Assembly: GCA_016839945.1 (NCBI GenBank)
Contig: JAEOTE010000038.1
Span: 1-36,308, forward strand
Reading direction: 5' to 3'
Length of the DNA stretch: 36,308 nt
DNA from: Candidatus Heimdallarchaeota archaeon
Lineage (GTDB): Archaea; Asgardarchaeota; Heimdallarchaeia; Heimdallarchaeales; Heimdallarchaeaceae
A program made the translations under genes and the position numbers. The number at the start of each line of letters is the position of its first letter. The stretch's first letter is position 1. This document shows, one piece after another, positions 36,238 to 36,308 of this stretch. Under the pieces are notes generated by a model, which saw only the letters and a list, made by a program, of their open reading frames with translations, was not told where the DNA came from and made no database searches.

Positions 36238-36308
36238 GTGTATTACAGCGTTAAAGTCAAGGATACTCTAAGAGTTCCACCAAATAAATTTGATGAAAAT
36301 CTAGTTCA
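36238..36308 (+). CDS. rpoE1: RNA polymerase subunit Rpo7 (RpoE'), N-terminal fragment
   Basis: Manual translation from GTG 36238: MYYSVKVKDTLRVPPNKFDENLV..., matching the Rpo7/RPB7 N-terminus (MY...D.VR.PP..F). Confidence 0.85.
   Translation, partial: MYYSVKVKDTLRVPPNKFDENLV

Overview
AT-rich archaeal chromosomal window, almost certainly from an Asgard archaeon (Heimdallarchaeia-like by inference). Archaeal informational genes (end of the spc r-protein cluster L32e-L19e-L18-S5-L30-L15-secY, radA, PolB1, aIF2-gamma, PIN, rpoE') are interleaved with eukaryotic-signature proteins (UBC/E2, Rab-like GTPase, gelsolin-like protein, TRAP-beta-like protein). It also holds a preQ0/archaeosine cluster (queE-mptA-DUF366-queD-queC) and a compact 7-gene tricarboxylate module: HD hydrolase, NADP-type isocitrate/homoisocitrate-like dehydrogenase, two different LeuCD-type dehydratases, an acyl-CoA synthetase beta subunit, and an alpha subunit fused to a citryl-CoA-lyase domain (a non-canonical ATP-citrate-lyase architecture). 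Three coding regions missing from the ORF track were read from the DNA: the secY 5' end (1..47, -), a 54-aa ORF ending in -GGF just upstream of the E2 gene (10764..10928, -), and the rpoE' 5' end (36238..36308, +). Apparent pseudoenzymes include a Nif3-like protein without its His ligands and a CobA paralog without a P-loop. No tRNA, rRNA, CRISPR array or mobile element was recognised. All family calls come from motif recognition by eye; no database search was run.
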